A DNA stretch of 64,000 bases. Source: an uncultured Marvinbryantia sp. GTDB lineage: Bacteria > Bacillota > Clostridia > Lachnospirales > Lachnospiraceae. Within the stretch, counting starts at the first letter, position 1, and every line of letters begins with the position of its first letter. Shown here piece after piece: positions 29,582 through 39,598 of the stretch. The DNA lies in assembly GCA_947630735.1 (NCBI GenBank), contig CANRIR010000009.1:543-64542 (forward strand). Reading direction: 5' to 3'. Below the pieces are notes generated by a model. It was not told the DNA's origin. It did not search any database and saw only the letters and a program-made list of their open reading frames with translations. Made by a program: the position numbers and the translations under genes.

Positions 29582-30652
29582 TCACAGCAGCAGGATGACG
29601 AGGCCCTTGATCCCCGCTGCCGCCGCCAGCGCGAGAAAGGCCGTGGCGTACAGCAGGCGGTGTGCCCGCAGGATATCCTCCGGCTCCACCGGCCGCAGGT
29701 CGTCCCCGATGTACTCTTTTTTGTGCAGCTCTCCAAAATACCAGGTGTCCCCGGCCAGCCGGATCCGCAGGGCTCCCGCCATCACGGCCTCGGTCTGGGC
29801 CGAATTGGGGCTCGCGTGGCAAAACCGGTCCCTCTGAAAAATGCGCCAGGCATTTTTCCCGTCCAGGCGAGTAAGAAACGCCGCCGCCATCATAAGCAGC
29901 GCGCAGATCCTGGCGGGAAGGAAATTTGCCGCGTCGTCCAGCTTTGCCGCGAACCTTCCGAAATACAGGTAGCGGCTGTTCCGGTAGCCGATCATGGAGT
30001 CCATGGTGTTGACGGCCTTGTAGAAAAATCCGAGCGCCGCCCCGCCGATCGCCATGTAGAAAAGCGGGGCGATCACGCCGTCCGACGCGTTCTCCGCCAC
30101 CGTCTCCACCGCGGCCCGCGCGACACCGGCCTCATCCAGCCGCTCTGTGTCGCGCCCCACGATCATGGACACCGCGCGGCGGCTTGCGGCAAGGTCGTGC
30201 TCCCGCAGCCTGTCGTACACTTTTTTGCTCTCGTCCCGAAGACTTTTGACCGCCAGAAGCTGCCAGCAGAACAGGCTCTCCAGGACAAGCCGCGCAAGGG
30301 GGTGCAGCCGCTGCGCGGCCAGAAGCAGAAGCAGGGGCACGCCGGAGGAGATGAGGAGCACCAGCACTGCCAGCACGGTCCCCGCCAGAAATTCCCTCGC
30401 GGCAAAGCCCGCGTCCTTTTCCCGTGCGCTGGCCGTCTCCGTTTCCCGCATGCTGCCCGCGTTCCTTTCCCGCGCGCTGGCCGCCTCCGTTTCATCTTCC
30501 GGAAGGCGGACGCGAAAGAGCGCACGCAGCAGGTTTTCCAGCGCCGCGATCAGGTTTCCGATCAGGCGGACGGGATGGTAGAGCCAGTGGGGATCCCCGA
30601 CGGCAAGATCCACGGCAAAGCCCAGCACCAGGGCAAGAAGCGATAGTTTCAT
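29582..30652 (-). CDS. cbiB: Adenosylcobinamide-phosphate synthase
   Basis: GDP...HPV, VGRDT, AENASD, NTMDSMIGY, SPNS. Confidence 0.95.
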   Translation of the reverse strand: MKLSLLALVLGFAVDLAVGDPHWLYHPVRLIGNLIAALENLLRALFRVRLPEDETEAASARERNAGSMRETETASAREKDAGFAAREFLAGTVLAVLVLLISSGVPLLLLLAAQRLHPLARLVLESLFCWQLLAVKSLRDESKKVYDRLREHDLAASRRAVSMIVGRDTERLDEAGVARAAVETVAENASDGVIAPLFYMAIGGAALGFFYKAVNTMDSMIGYRNSRYLYFGRFAAKLDDAANFLPARICALLMMAAAFLTRLDGKNAWRIFQRDRFCHASPNSAQTEAVMAGALRIRLAGDTWYFGELHKKEYIGDDLRPVEPEDILRAHRLLYATAFLALAAAAGIKGLVILLL

Positions 30653-32082
30653 TGCTTTTCCTCCCGGTATGCCGCGCACTGCTCCAAAAATCCGAGGGCA
30701 AACTGCGGGCAGGAATAGTAATACAGATGCGGGAAGCCCGCCAGGAGCCGCCCTCTTTTGTGGATGCAGGGCCAGCTCCGCTTGCGCAGGGGCTTTCTGG
30801 CCATGTAGGCGTTTCCATTGTCCGTGCTGTCAAAATAGTGGAACTCGTGCCCGCAGATTTTCGGCATGGACGGCTGGGCATTTTCCTGCAGCTCCACGTA
30901 GCCGAACCGGTTCAGCTTTTCCGTGCGGTACGCGGCCGCGTCGATGACCCCGGCCATGGGCCAGGCGCGCCCCTCCATATCCTCCATGGTGCGGTGCAGG
31001 GCCATGAACCCGCCGCACTCCGCCAGGCAGGGCATGCCCCGCTCTATCTTTTCGCGGATGTCCGCAAGCACGCCGACCTGTTCGGAGAGTTCCCGTGCGT
31101 GCAGCTCCGGGTAGCCCCCGTACAAGAGAAGTCCGTCCGCCTCTTCAGGCACTTTTTCTCCATGCAGGGGCGAAAATTCCATAATGTTTGCCCCGAGCTC
31201 CCGCAGGAGCTGCAGGTTGTCCTCGTAGATGAAGCAGAAGGCCTCGTCCCGCGCCACGGCGACAACGGTGGCTTTTTGGCGCAGTTTCCGCGCAGCGCCG
31301 CTGTCGAGCACCTGCCGGATGGCCTGCGGGGCAGGAATGTCCGCGGCGTTTTCCAGAGCGGGATCCAAACTCTCCGCCTCCCGCGCCAGGGCGAGCAGGC
31401 CGTCCAGATCCAGGGTTTCCTCCAGGACGGCGGCCAGCCGCTGCATCCGCTCTTCCAGCATGGCGATCTCGCCGGGGAGCACCAGCCCCAGATGGCGGCT
31501 CTCGATGGCGCAGTCCGCGACGCGCGGCACATAGCCGAGCACGCGCACGCCGATCTCCTCCTCGATGCGGCGCTTCATGTCCGGGTAGAGGCTGACCGGC
31601 ATCTGATTGAGGATGACGCCCCGGATGCGGCTGTCCTCCCGGTAAGTGAGAAATCCCCGGATGTATGCCACGGCCGACAGGCTCATGCCCCTGCTGTTGA
31701 CGATCAGCACCACCGGCGTGCGGGTTGCCCGCGCCGCATCGTAGGCGCTGGCCGCGTCGGAGATGCCCCCCAGGCCGTCGTAGTAGCCCATGACGCCCTC
31801 CAGCACCGAGACGTCCATGCCCGCCGCGTTTTTGGCCAGCAGATAGCGCGTCGTCTGCGCGTCCGTGAAGAAGGTGTCCAGGTTGCGGGATTTTGTTTTC
31901 AGCGCCCGCTCGTGGAACATGGGATCGATGTAGTCCGGCCCGCACTTGAAGGACGCCGCCCGAAGGCCCCGGTTTTTCAGGGCCTGCAGGATGCCGCAGG
32001 TGATGGTGGTCTTTCCGCTCCCGCTGGCTCCGGCGGCCAGAAGGAAGCGCGGATAAGCTGTTTTTCCGGTTTGATCACACAT
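30649..32082 (-). CDS. cbiA: Cobyrinate a,c-diamide synthase
   Basis: SGSGKTT, FKCGPDYIDP, EGVMGYYDG, GGYPE, AECGG, HEFHY. Confidence 0.95.
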   Translation of the reverse strand: MCDQTGKTAYPRFLLAAGASGSGKTTITCGILQALKNRGLRAASFKCGPDYIDPMFHERALKTKSRNLDTFFTDAQTTRYLLAKNAAGMDVSVLEGVMGYYDGLGGISDAASAYDAARATRTPVVLIVNSRGMSLSAVAYIRGFLTYREDSRIRGVILNQMPVSLYPDMKRRIEEEIGVRVLGYVPRVADCAIESRHLGLVLPGEIAMLEERMQRLAAVLEETLDLDGLLALAREAESLDPALENAADIPAPQAIRQVLDSGAARKLRQKATVVAVARDEAFCFIYEDNLQLLRELGANIMEFSPLHGEKVPEEADGLLLYGGYPELHARELSEQVGVLADIREKIERGMPCLAECGGFMALHRTMEDMEGRAWPMAGVIDAAAYRTEKLNRFGYVELQENAQPSMPKICGHEFHYFDSTDNGNAYMARKPLRKRSWPCIHKRGRLLAGFPHLYYYSCPQFALGFLEQCAAYREEKQ

Positions 32083-34102
32083 GGATTTCCTTTCCCGTCC
32101 CCTCCGCGGATATGATATAAACAGGGTTCTGTCCCATCATCATGTGATATGGGCCCGCCGTTTTTGCCCGGGCCGTGCTCACGGACACGATGTCCACATC
32201 CGCAAGCGGCAGGCTGCGGATGCATGCAAGCGCCTCCGCCACAGTCTCCAGGGCGATGCAGTTGAGGACGATGCGCGCCGTCGGATTTTTTTGCAGCACG
32301 GTTTCCAGGATCTGCCTCAGATTCCCGGAGGAGCCCCCGATGAACACATGGGTGGGCGCAGGGAGCAGCGACAGCGCTTCGGGGGCGCATCCCTCCACCA
32401 CTTCCAGATTGTCCGCCGCAAATTTCCGGGCGTTTGCACGGATGAGGCGCACCGCCTCCGGCTTTTTTTCCACGGCGTACACACGCCCCTCCGTGGCCAG
32501 CAGGGCCGCCTCCACGGACACGGACCCCGTGCCCGCGCCCACGTCGTAGACGACGGAATCCCGGCACAGGCAGAGCCTGGACAATGAGACGCTCCGCACC
32601 TCGCTCTTGGTCATGGGCGTCTCGTCCCGCAGGAAGGCGTCGTCCCGGAGCCCGTGGCACACCGCGGGATGCGCGCCCGGATTTTCGATCAGAAGCACGC
32701 TCAGATCCCCCACGCGCTCCCCGGCAAGCTCGGATACCCGCATGGTACGGATGCGCTCGTCCGGGTAGGACAGGTTTTCGCCCACCGTGACCGCGAGGTC
32801 CCCCATGCCGTAGTATTCCAGGTTTTCCATCAGCTCCCGCACGCTCTCGCCCTTCCCGGCCAGCGCAAACACCTTTTTGTGGTCGCGCACCGCCGAGGCC
32901 GCGTTCGCCGCGCGCCCGTGCAGGCTGATGAGCTTTGCGTCCTCCCAGGGAACGCGCAGCTTTGCGCACAGGTACACCGCGGAGGAAATGCCCGGGCAGA
33001 CCTCGATGTCCTCCCCGGCAAAGACTTCGTACAGGCGCTTCGCGCCGCTGTAAAATCCCACGTCGCCGGACTGCAGCAGGGCGACGCGTTCATATTCGGG
33101 ATGCGCGTCGAGAAAATCCCGGATCTCCTCCGGGCGGTAGGACGCGAACTTGTGCGCCGGATAGCCCGCAAACTGCTCCAGCACCCGCTCTGCGCCCACC
33201 AGAAGCTGCGCCTCCCGGCAGGCCCTCTGGGCATCCCGGGTGAGCGTCCCTTCCGTTCCCATGCCGGTGCCCACCACGGCGATCTTCCGGCGCACCTGCA
33301 GATGAAGCGCGCGGATCAGCTCTGCGCGCACCTCCATGGGGCCCATGCCCTCCTCCCGGACCGGCCTTCCAACCAGCACCACCCGCGCTCCCGCCCTTTG
33401 GGCGGCGCGGATCTTTTCCGCAAACCCTCCGGCGCTGCCGGATTCTTTGGTCACCAGCCAGGCGGCGTCGAACTGCCGCAGCATGGCGGCGTTCAGCTCC
33501 TCCGTGAAGGGGCCCTGCATGCAGATAAGGTGCCTGCCCTCAAAGCCCAGTTCCCGGCAGGCCGAGATTGCCTCCGGCGTGGAGAGGACGCGCGCGAACA
33601 CGCGCTCCCGAAAGTCCGGCAGGGCCGTGAACCTGGCCAGCTCCTTGCTCCCGGTGGCCACGAGGATGTTCCCCCCGGTGCCTTTTAAAAACTCCACGGC
33701 CTCCTGCACGCTGTCCACAAACACCACGGGATCCGCGTCTTTCTGCCCTTTTTTCCCCGAAAGCTCCCGCACGCTGTCCATGGCGCTCTCGCGCAGAAGG
33801 CGGATATAGCGCACGCCGGTTCTGGCGCAGGCGCTTCGAATGTTCTCCGAGACCGCCGCGGCGTAGGGATGGGTGGCGTCCACCGCCATCGCCCGGCCGC
33901 CCCCGGCCCGCGCGGCGAGAAAGGCGCACATCTCGCTCTCATCCATCCGGCCCGTGTGGACATGGATGCCCTCCCCGCCGGCAGCGAGCTGGCCGCCGTA
34001 CTCCGTGGCCGTGCAGACGTCCGCCTCCGCGTGCTGGCGGCTCAAAAATTCCGCAAGCTCTCTTCCCTCTGTTGTCCCCGCAAAAATAATAATTTCAGAC
34101 AT
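32075..34102 (-). CDS. cbiJET: Fused precorrin-6A reductase (CbiJ) and C5/C15 methyltransferases (CbiE/CbiT)
   Basis: FAGTTEG, DATHPYA, TKESG (CbiJ); SGDVGFYS, GENLSY (CbiE); TKSEVR, DVGAGTGS (CbiT). Confidence 0.92.
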   Translation of the reverse strand: MSEIIIFAGTTEGRELAEFLSRQHAEADVCTATEYGGQLAAGGEGIHVHTGRMDESEMCAFLAARAGGGRAMAVDATHPYAAAVSENIRSACARTGVRYIRLLRESAMDSVRELSGKKGQKDADPVVFVDSVQEAVEFLKGTGGNILVATGSKELARFTALPDFRERVFARVLSTPEAISACRELGFEGRHLICMQGPFTEELNAAMLRQFDAAWLVTKESGSAGGFAEKIRAAQRAGARVVLVGRPVREEGMGPMEVRAELIRALHLQVRRKIAVVGTGMGTEGTLTRDAQRACREAQLLVGAERVLEQFAGYPAHKFASYRPEEIRDFLDAHPEYERVALLQSGDVGFYSGAKRLYEVFAGEDIEVCPGISSAVYLCAKLRVPWEDAKLISLHGRAANAASAVRDHKKVFALAGKGESVRELMENLEYYGMGDLAVTVGENLSYPDERIRTMRVSELAGERVGDLSVLLIENPGAHPAVCHGLRDDAFLRDETPMTKSEVRSVSLSRLCLCRDSVVYDVGAGTGSVSVEAALLATEGRVYAVEKKPEAVRLIRANARKFAADNLEVVEGCAPEALSLLPAPTHVFIGGSSGNLRQILETVLQKNPTARIVLNCIALETVAEALACIRSLPLADVDIVSVSTARAKTAGPYHMMMGQNPVYIISAEGTGKEIHV

Positions 34103-34835
34103 CCCGGTATCCTCTCGGCGTCACCATCCTGCCGTCGATCTCCCTGGTCTGGGAGTTTCCCACAAAGACGGTGGTAAACATGTCGGCGCTGGCATCTTTC
34201 AGCTCGCGCAGGGGCAGAACCCTGTACGTCTCCCCCTCCCGGCCGATCTGACTGACCATCCCGCAGACGGTGTCCGGGGATCTGTGCCGCAGCATCAGCT
34301 CGCACGCGCGGCGCAGGTAATCGCTCCGCTTTTTGCTGGACGGGTTGTACAGACAGATCACGAAATCCGCCTCGGCGGCCAGAAGCAGGCGCTTCTCGAT
34401 CTTTTCCCACGGCGTCAGAAGATCGCTCAAACTGATGACGGCAAAGTCGTGGATGAGGGGCGCTCCCAGGACCGCCGCGCCGCCTGTGGCCGCCGTCACG
34501 CCCGGCACGACCTCCACCCGGATCTGCGGATAGTCCTTTCCGACCTCCAGCATCAGCCCCGCCATGCCGTACACGCCCGCGTCGCCGCTGCAGATCATGG
34601 CCACGGCTTTGCCCTTCGCCGCCTCCTCGAAGGCCAGCCGGCACCGGTCCGCCTCTTTGCGCATGGGCGTGGTCAGAAATTCTTTTTCCGGGAAATGCTC
34701 CCGCACCAGATCCACATACACGGTGTAGCCCACGATGGTGTCGCACGCGCGCAGGGTCTCGATGGCCTTTCCCGTCATGTTTTCGTAGCTGCCGGGGCCG
34801 ATGCCCACCACATAGATGTTATGCAAAATCCACAC
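34095..34835 (-). CDS. cbiH: Precorrin-3B C17-methyltransferase
   Basis: VVGIGPG, SGDAGVYGMA, SLSDLLTPW, TPRGY; start position uncertain. Confidence 0.93.
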   Translation of the reverse strand: MWILHNIYVVGIGPGSYENMTGKAIETLRACDTIVGYTVYVDLVREHFPEKEFLTTPMRKEADRCRLAFEEAAKGKAVAMICSGDAGVYGMAGLMLEVGKDYPQIRVEVVPGVTAATGGAAVLGAPLIHDFAVISLSDLLTPWEKIEKRLLLAAEADFVICLYNPSSKKRSDYLRRACELMLRHRSPDTVCGMVSQIGREGETYRVLPLRELKDASADMFTTVFVGNSQTREIDGRMVTPRGYRDV

Positions 34836-35874
34836 TCCAATCTCTCGCCGCGAGGGCCACGGTCACACCGTCCCCCGCCGTTTTTTTCAGAATGAGCCTT
34901 CCGTTTTGGGAGGCCAGCACCGCGCTTCGCCCGCACACGTTGTCCACGCCTGCCACGGACTCCACGAACGCGGAGGCCTCGAAGTCCCCCGGCACGCGGC
35001 GCAGCTCTTCGCTGGAAAAAGTCACGAAGGGCAGGCCGAGGCTCTTTGCAAATTCCAGAATGCCGGGCTCCTGCGCCTTCCGGTCGATGCTCGCCACACA
35101 CTCCAGGGCGTGCAAAGAGACGCCGCACTTTTGCAGGGAGTCGAGCACTTTTTCCCGGATCCGCTCCGCCGGGATCCCTTTTTTGCACCCGATGCCCACG
35201 CTGACGATCCTGGGGATGAGAACGAGGGTGCTCTTATAGGGGCGCTTATTCTCGTCCAGCGTCACGCAGATGCCGCCGCTGCCCTCGAAGACGGCGTGCT
35301 CCTCCCAGGGCTCCAGCTCCTGCGGGATCTCCCCGACCACAGGGAAATCCGAACAGAACCCGATCTTCTTTTCGTCCAGCACATCCGCCGAGATCTGTTT
35401 GGCGCAGGCCATGTCTGTGATATACAGGCCGTTCTTCTTGGCAAACAGGTCCACCGCGAAGCGGCCGTTCACATCGGTCGCCGTGGTGATGACGGGAATG
35501 GCCCCCGTCAGGTTTGCCAGCATGCCCGCAAGCTTGTTTGCGCCGCCCAGGTGCCCGGACAGCAAAGAGACGGCGAACACGCCCCGCTCGTCCATGACCA
35601 CCACCGCCGGGTCTTTCGTCTTGTCCTCCACAAAGGGCGCTATGCTGCGCACCGCAATGCCCGCGGCCGACAGGAACAAAATGGCGTCCGCCTCCTCGAA
35701 CATCCGTCCCGTCCAGTCCCGGAGCGGCTCCTGCAGTTCCAGCAGGTCATAAGTTTTCGCATATTTCGGCACGGCGTAGCCACGGCAGTCGATCCCCTGC
35801 CTGGAGAGCATGTCCATGAGCGTGCGGTTCAGCCTGCTGCCGTGCTCCGTAAAACTGACGGCCGAAAGCTTCAT
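34819..35874 (-). CDS. cbiG: Cobalt-precorrin-5A hydrolase
   Basis: GIAVRSIAP, DPAVV, SGHLGGAN, ITTATD, GIGCKKG. Confidence 0.94.
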   Translation of the reverse strand: MKLSAVSFTEHGSRLNRTLMDMLSRQGIDCRGYAVPKYAKTYDLLELQEPLRDWTGRMFEEADAILFLSAAGIAVRSIAPFVEDKTKDPAVVVMDERGVFAVSLLSGHLGGANKLAGMLANLTGAIPVITTATDVNGRFAVDLFAKKNGLYITDMACAKQISADVLDEKKIGFCSDFPVVGEIPQELEPWEEHAVFEGSGGICVTLDENKRPYKSTLVLIPRIVSVGIGCKKGIPAERIREKVLDSLQKCGVSLHALECVASIDRKAQEPGILEFAKSLGLPFVTFSSEELRRVPGDFEASAFVESVAGVDNVCGRSAVLASQNGRLILKKTAGDGVTVALAARDWSVDFA

Positions 35875-36629
35875 GGCTTCGCCTCCCGGTAGCCCGTTGT
35901 GAACCGGGGGTTGTAGAGCTCCGAGCGCCGGTAATGGCTGTGGCTTACCACATCGCCGATGATCATCAGGGCCGTTTTTGTGATGCCGTTCTTTTTCGCG
36001 GTCTCCGCCAGAGTGCCCACCGTGCAGACAAAGGTCTTTTCATCCTCCCAGGTGGCTTTGTACACGATGGCCGCCGGCGTGTCCGCGCGGTAGCCGCCCA
36101 GGAGCAGGCGCTCCGTCAGCTTTTCCAGCATGCCCGTGCTCAAAAACACCACCATGGTGGCCTGGTGCGCCGCGAGGGAGGCGATCTCCTCCTTCTCCGG
36201 CACCGGGGTGCGGCCGGCCATGCGCGTGATGATGACGCTCTGCGATACGTCCGGCAGGGTGTATTCCAGGTTCAGCGCGGAAGCCGCCCCGCAAAAAGAA
36301 CTGACCCCCGGGCAGTCGTCGTAGGGGATGCCCCGCGCATCCAGCGCGTCCATCTGCTCCCGGATGGCCCCGTACAGGCAGGGATCGCCGGTGTGCAGCC
36401 GCACGGTGGTGCGGCCGGCCTCCTCCGCGCGGCACATGACCTGCAGCACTTCCTCCAGCGTCATCTCGGCACTGTTGTGGATCTCGCAGCCGGGCTTTGC
36501 CAGGGAGAGGAGCTGCGGGTTTACCAGGGAACCCGCGTAGATGATCACATCCGCTTCCCCCAAAAGGTTCTGTCCCCTCACGGTGATGAGATCCGGCGCT
36601 CCCGGACCCGCTCCCACAAAATGTATCAT
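35871..36629 (-). CDS. cbiF: Precorrin-4 C11-methyltransferase
   Basis: MIHFVGAGPG, YAGSLV, RLHTGDP, RSELY. Confidence 0.95.
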   Translation of the reverse strand: MIHFVGAGPGAPDLITVRGQNLLGEADVIIYAGSLVNPQLLSLAKPGCEIHNSAEMTLEEVLQVMCRAEEAGRTTVRLHTGDPCLYGAIREQMDALDARGIPYDDCPGVSSFCGAASALNLEYTLPDVSQSVIITRMAGRTPVPEKEEIASLAAHQATMVVFLSTGMLEKLTERLLLGGYRADTPAAIVYKATWEDEKTFVCTVGTLAETAKKNGITKTALMIIGDVVSHSHYRRSELYNPRFTTGYREAKP

Positions 36630-37330
36630 GCCGTCCCCTCCTTGTCCTTTTTGTCCCGCACAATGATGAGCGAATAATACCCCGCATCCTCGGGGATCTC
36701 CTCCGCGCTGCCGTAGCACTTTTCGCCCGGCATGCCGCAGTTTTCCACCATCGCCGCCTGCGCGCCCGTGCGAAGCAGCGTCTCCTTTACGCGCGCCATC
36801 TGCCTGCCCGCCTTCATCAGGATCTTCGTGCCGGGCAGTTCCAGGGCCTCGCCGATCTGGTAGGATGCGGGGATCACATGGATCTGTTCGTCCTGTTCCG
36901 CAAGCCCCGTGTTCAGGCTGGCGGCCGCGGCGCAAAAAGACGGGATCCCGTTTATGATCGCGGTGTCAAAGCCCATCGCGGCCACCCGCCTGTGCACATA
37001 CAGATAGGTGGCGTACACGCAGGGGTCGCCTAGAGTGAGAAAAGCCACATTCTTTCCGGCCTCCAGCTTTTCCGCCACTTTCTGCGCGGCCTGCGCGTGG
37101 CTCGCCTCGAGAACCGCCCTGTCTTTTGTCATGGGCATGGGAACCTCCAGGAACGCTTTCCCGGCGAGCTCCGGCACCGCCTGCACCGCGATGTTATACG
37201 CCGTGGATCCCTCTCTCTTTTCGCCCGGCACCGCCACCACATCCGCCCCGCGCAGGATGCGGACCGCTTTTAAAGTGAGCAGCTCCGGGTCTCCCGGGCC
37301 CACGCCGACTCCGTATAATGTTCCTCTCAT
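36626..37330 (-). CDS. cbiL: Precorrin-2 C20-methyltransferase
   Basis: GVGPGDPELLTLKA, TLGDP, YYSLII. Confidence 0.94.
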   Translation of the reverse strand: MRGTLYGVGVGPGDPELLTLKAVRILRGADVVAVPGEKREGSTAYNIAVQAVPELAGKAFLEVPMPMTKDRAVLEASHAQAAQKVAEKLEAGKNVAFLTLGDPCVYATYLYVHRRVAAMGFDTAIINGIPSFCAAAASLNTGLAEQDEQIHVIPASYQIGEALELPGTKILMKAGRQMARVKETLLRTGAQAAMVENCGMPGEKCYGSAEEIPEDAGYYSLIIVRDKKDKEGTA

Positions 37331-37351
37331 AACCCCTCCCGCTTTTCTCTG

Positions 37352-38518
37352 TCAGTCTTCTGGCGCAAAGAGCCGGATCAGCTCCGCCGCCCCGGCGGTC
37401 TCGCCCAGGTAGCCGTGGCGGTTGGAAAACAGCACCGTCTCCGTCCGCAGGGCCCCGCCGCAGCGCTGGCCCATGTAAAACTGGATGCGCCGCAGGATCT
37501 CGTCCACAACGGCCCCGGCAAGCCCTCTCTCTGTGAGGATGTCCAGCGCCTCCTCCGTGGTGGCGGTGTCGAGGATGCGCCGGACGGTCTCCATGTCCGC
37601 GCCCGCCCGGACGGCCTGGGCCGCCATCAGCTCCGCCCTGCAGTCCGCCTCGTGGGAGTGGGTGTTCATAATGCCGCCCGACACCTTGATGAATTTGCCG
37701 ATGTGGGCCACAAACAGAATGCCCGAAAAGCCCAGCTCCGCCGCCATATCCAGGGTCTGTCCCACAAAATTGCTGCACTTCATGGACTCGTCCGCCCGGA
37801 TCCGCATGCCATCCCGCAGAAATTCCGCCCCGTAATTTCCGGGAGTAATCAGCAGATAATCGCTCCCGTTGGCCCGCTTGGACTCCATCTCCAGACGGAT
37901 GCTGGAAAGCAGCGCCTCCTCGCTCATGGGGACCACAATGCCGCTGGTGCCGAGTATGGAGATGCCGCCCTCGATGCCGAGCCTGGGGTTGAATGTGCGC
38001 CGTGCGACCTCCTCCCCGCCGGGCACGAAGATCTCCACATCCAACGCGCAGGGCTGTCCCAGATCGCCGCACACTTCCTCCACGGCGCTTGTGATCATCT
38101 CGCGCGGCACGCGGTTGATGGCCGCCTCCCCCACAGGCAGCGAGAGGCCCGCGCGCGTGACCCTGCCCACGCCGGAACCTCCGCTTATGTGCACGCCCGG
38201 CGCATTGCTCCTTTGAACCCGCGCAAAGATCAGAAGGCCCGTGGTCACATCCGGGTCGTCCCCGCCGTCTTTTCGCACGGCGCAGGACACCTGCTCCTCC
38301 GCGCGCGAAATCTCTTCGATCAAAAGGTGCAGGACCGTTCCCTCCGGGGTTGGAAGCTCCACCTCCAGAATATCCTTTCTCAAAAACAACATAGCAGCCG
38401 CCGCTTTCGCAGCCGCCGCCGCACACGTGCCCGTGGTATATCCCAGGCGCAGACGTTTGTTGTTCTTTCGGACATACCGGTCCTCCAGTCCTGTTCTGTG
38501 TTCTTTCACCTGCGTCAC
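37352..38518 (-). CDS. cbiD: Cobalt-precorrin-5B C1-methyltransferase
   Basis: [36 protein letters not shown]; GTG start overlapping dut stop (GTGA). Confidence 0.94.
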   Translation of the reverse strand: MTQVKEHRTGLEDRYVRKNNKRLRLGYTTGTCAAAAAKAAAAMLFLRKDILEVELPTPEGTVLHLLIEEISRAEEQVSCAVRKDGGDDPDVTTGLLIFARVQRSNAPGVHISGGSGVGRVTRAGLSLPVGEAAINRVPREMITSAVEEVCGDLGQPCALDVEIFVPGGEEVARRTFNPRLGIEGGISILGTSGIVVPMSEEALLSSIRLEMESKRANGSDYLLITPGNYGAEFLRDGMRIRADESMKCSNFVGQTLDMAAELGFSGILFVAHIGKFIKVSGGIMNTHSHEADCRAELMAAQAVRAGADMETVRRILDTATTEEALDILTERGLAGAVVDEILRRIQFYMGQRCGGALRTETVLFSNRHGYLGETAGAAELIRLFAPED

Positions 38519-38949
38519 GCTTTCCCGGTGCTGCCGAATCCGCCCCGGTCCGCCCCGTCCAGGTGCTCCACCCGCTGGAACACAACGGCGGGCTGGTGCC
38601 TGACAATGCGGAACTGGCAGATGCGGTCGTTTACGTGGATCTCGGTGTCGCGCACCGCATAGACCGGCATGAACCACTGGTCGTTGTCGCCGCAGTAGGT
38701 CTCGTCGATGACCCCCATGTGGTTTGTCTGGATGACGCCGAAGTTTTTAAACGTGGAGCTGCGCGGCACCACATGCGCCTCGTAGCCCTCCGGCAGCTTC
38801 ATGCCCACGCCCAGTGGGATCAGGCGAAACTCCCCCGCCTTCAGGGCAACGTCCGCCGCCGCGCGCAGGTCGATCCAGTCGGATTTCCCGTCTATATAGG
38901 CCAGAGGTTCGATCTGATCTGAAAAATATTTGATCTGAATGGTTTCCAT
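38515..38949 (-). CDS. dut: dUTP diphosphatase
   Basis: [28 protein letters not shown]. Confidence 0.93.
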   Translation of the reverse strand: METIQIKYFSDQIEPLAYIDGKSDWIDLRAAADVALKAGEFRLIPLGVGMKLPEGYEAHVVPRSSTFKNFGVIQTNHMGVIDETYCGDNDQWFMPVYAVRDTEIHVNDRICQFRIVRHQPAVVFQRVEHLDGADRGGFGSTGKA

Positions 38950-38999
38950 AACTCTGTCTCTCCTTTGTCCGTGCCCCGCGCATCACCGCGGGCATCCGG

Positions 39000-39488
39000 C
39001 TAGGCGTGAAGGATCACGGCGTCTTCCGCAAGGGACCGCTGCACGTCGATCACGCGCTGATTGGAGCTTCCCTTCCAGTGAAGCTGTGTGTCCAGCTTGT
39101 CGATCTCGAACTCGCCGTCCACCAGCACATCCACGTAGCGCATGAGCGGCAGGGACTTCACTTCCTCCCAGAGGCTCCCGGTGTACATCCATATTGTCTT
39201 GTCCGGGAATGTCTCCCGGATCTCCTTCGCGAGCGCCCCCACGTCCAGACGGTTCGTGATGTACAGAGGATCGCCGCCGCTGAAGGTAATGCCGGAGATG
39301 TAGGACTGCCGAAGCTGCTCGAACACTTCTTCTTTCGCGGCCTCGTCGAAGGCCAGCCCGCCGTCCGGATCCCATGTGACCGGGTTCTGGCAGCCCCTGC
39401 AGCAGTGTGAGCAGCCGGCCACCCAGAGGACCACCCGCAGCCCGTCCCCGTTCAGCATATCGTCTTTTGTGATGTTGTGGTACCTCAT
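39000..39488 (-). CDS. nrdG: Anaerobic ribonucleoside-triphosphate reductase activating protein
   Basis: NGDGLR, GCSHCCRGCQNP, SGGDP, DVLVDG, GSSNQ. Confidence 0.94.
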   Translation of the reverse strand: MRYHNITKDDMLNGDGLRVVLWVAGCSHCCRGCQNPVTWDPDGGLAFDEAAKEEVFEQLRQSYISGITFSGGDPLYITNRLDVGALAKEIRETFPDKTIWMYTGSLWEEVKSLPLMRYVDVLVDGEFEIDKLDTQLHWKGSSNQRVIDVQRSLAEDAVILHA

Positions 39489-39508
39489 CTTCTCTCCAGC
39501 CTTCCCGG

Positions 39509-39595
39509 AAACAACATTTTGTGCCGGGTTTTGGGACCCGGCACACGATTTTGTGCCCTATTCATGATTCTATCATCTCTGAAACAGGGCGTCAA
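39509..39595 (-). promoter_or_regulatory. sigmaA promoter with two tandem NrdR-like boxes
   Basis: TTGACG-N17-TAGAAT (39595-39567); boxes GCACAAAATCGTGTGC (39556-39541) and GCACAAAATGTTGTTT (39524-39509), 32 bp apart. Confidence 0.7.
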
Positions 39596-39598
39596 TAT

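Noticed and set aside
38950-38999. Cobalamin riboswitch ahead of the cbi genes
   Set aside because: Spacer is only 50 bp with a simple GC hairpin and no B12-box.
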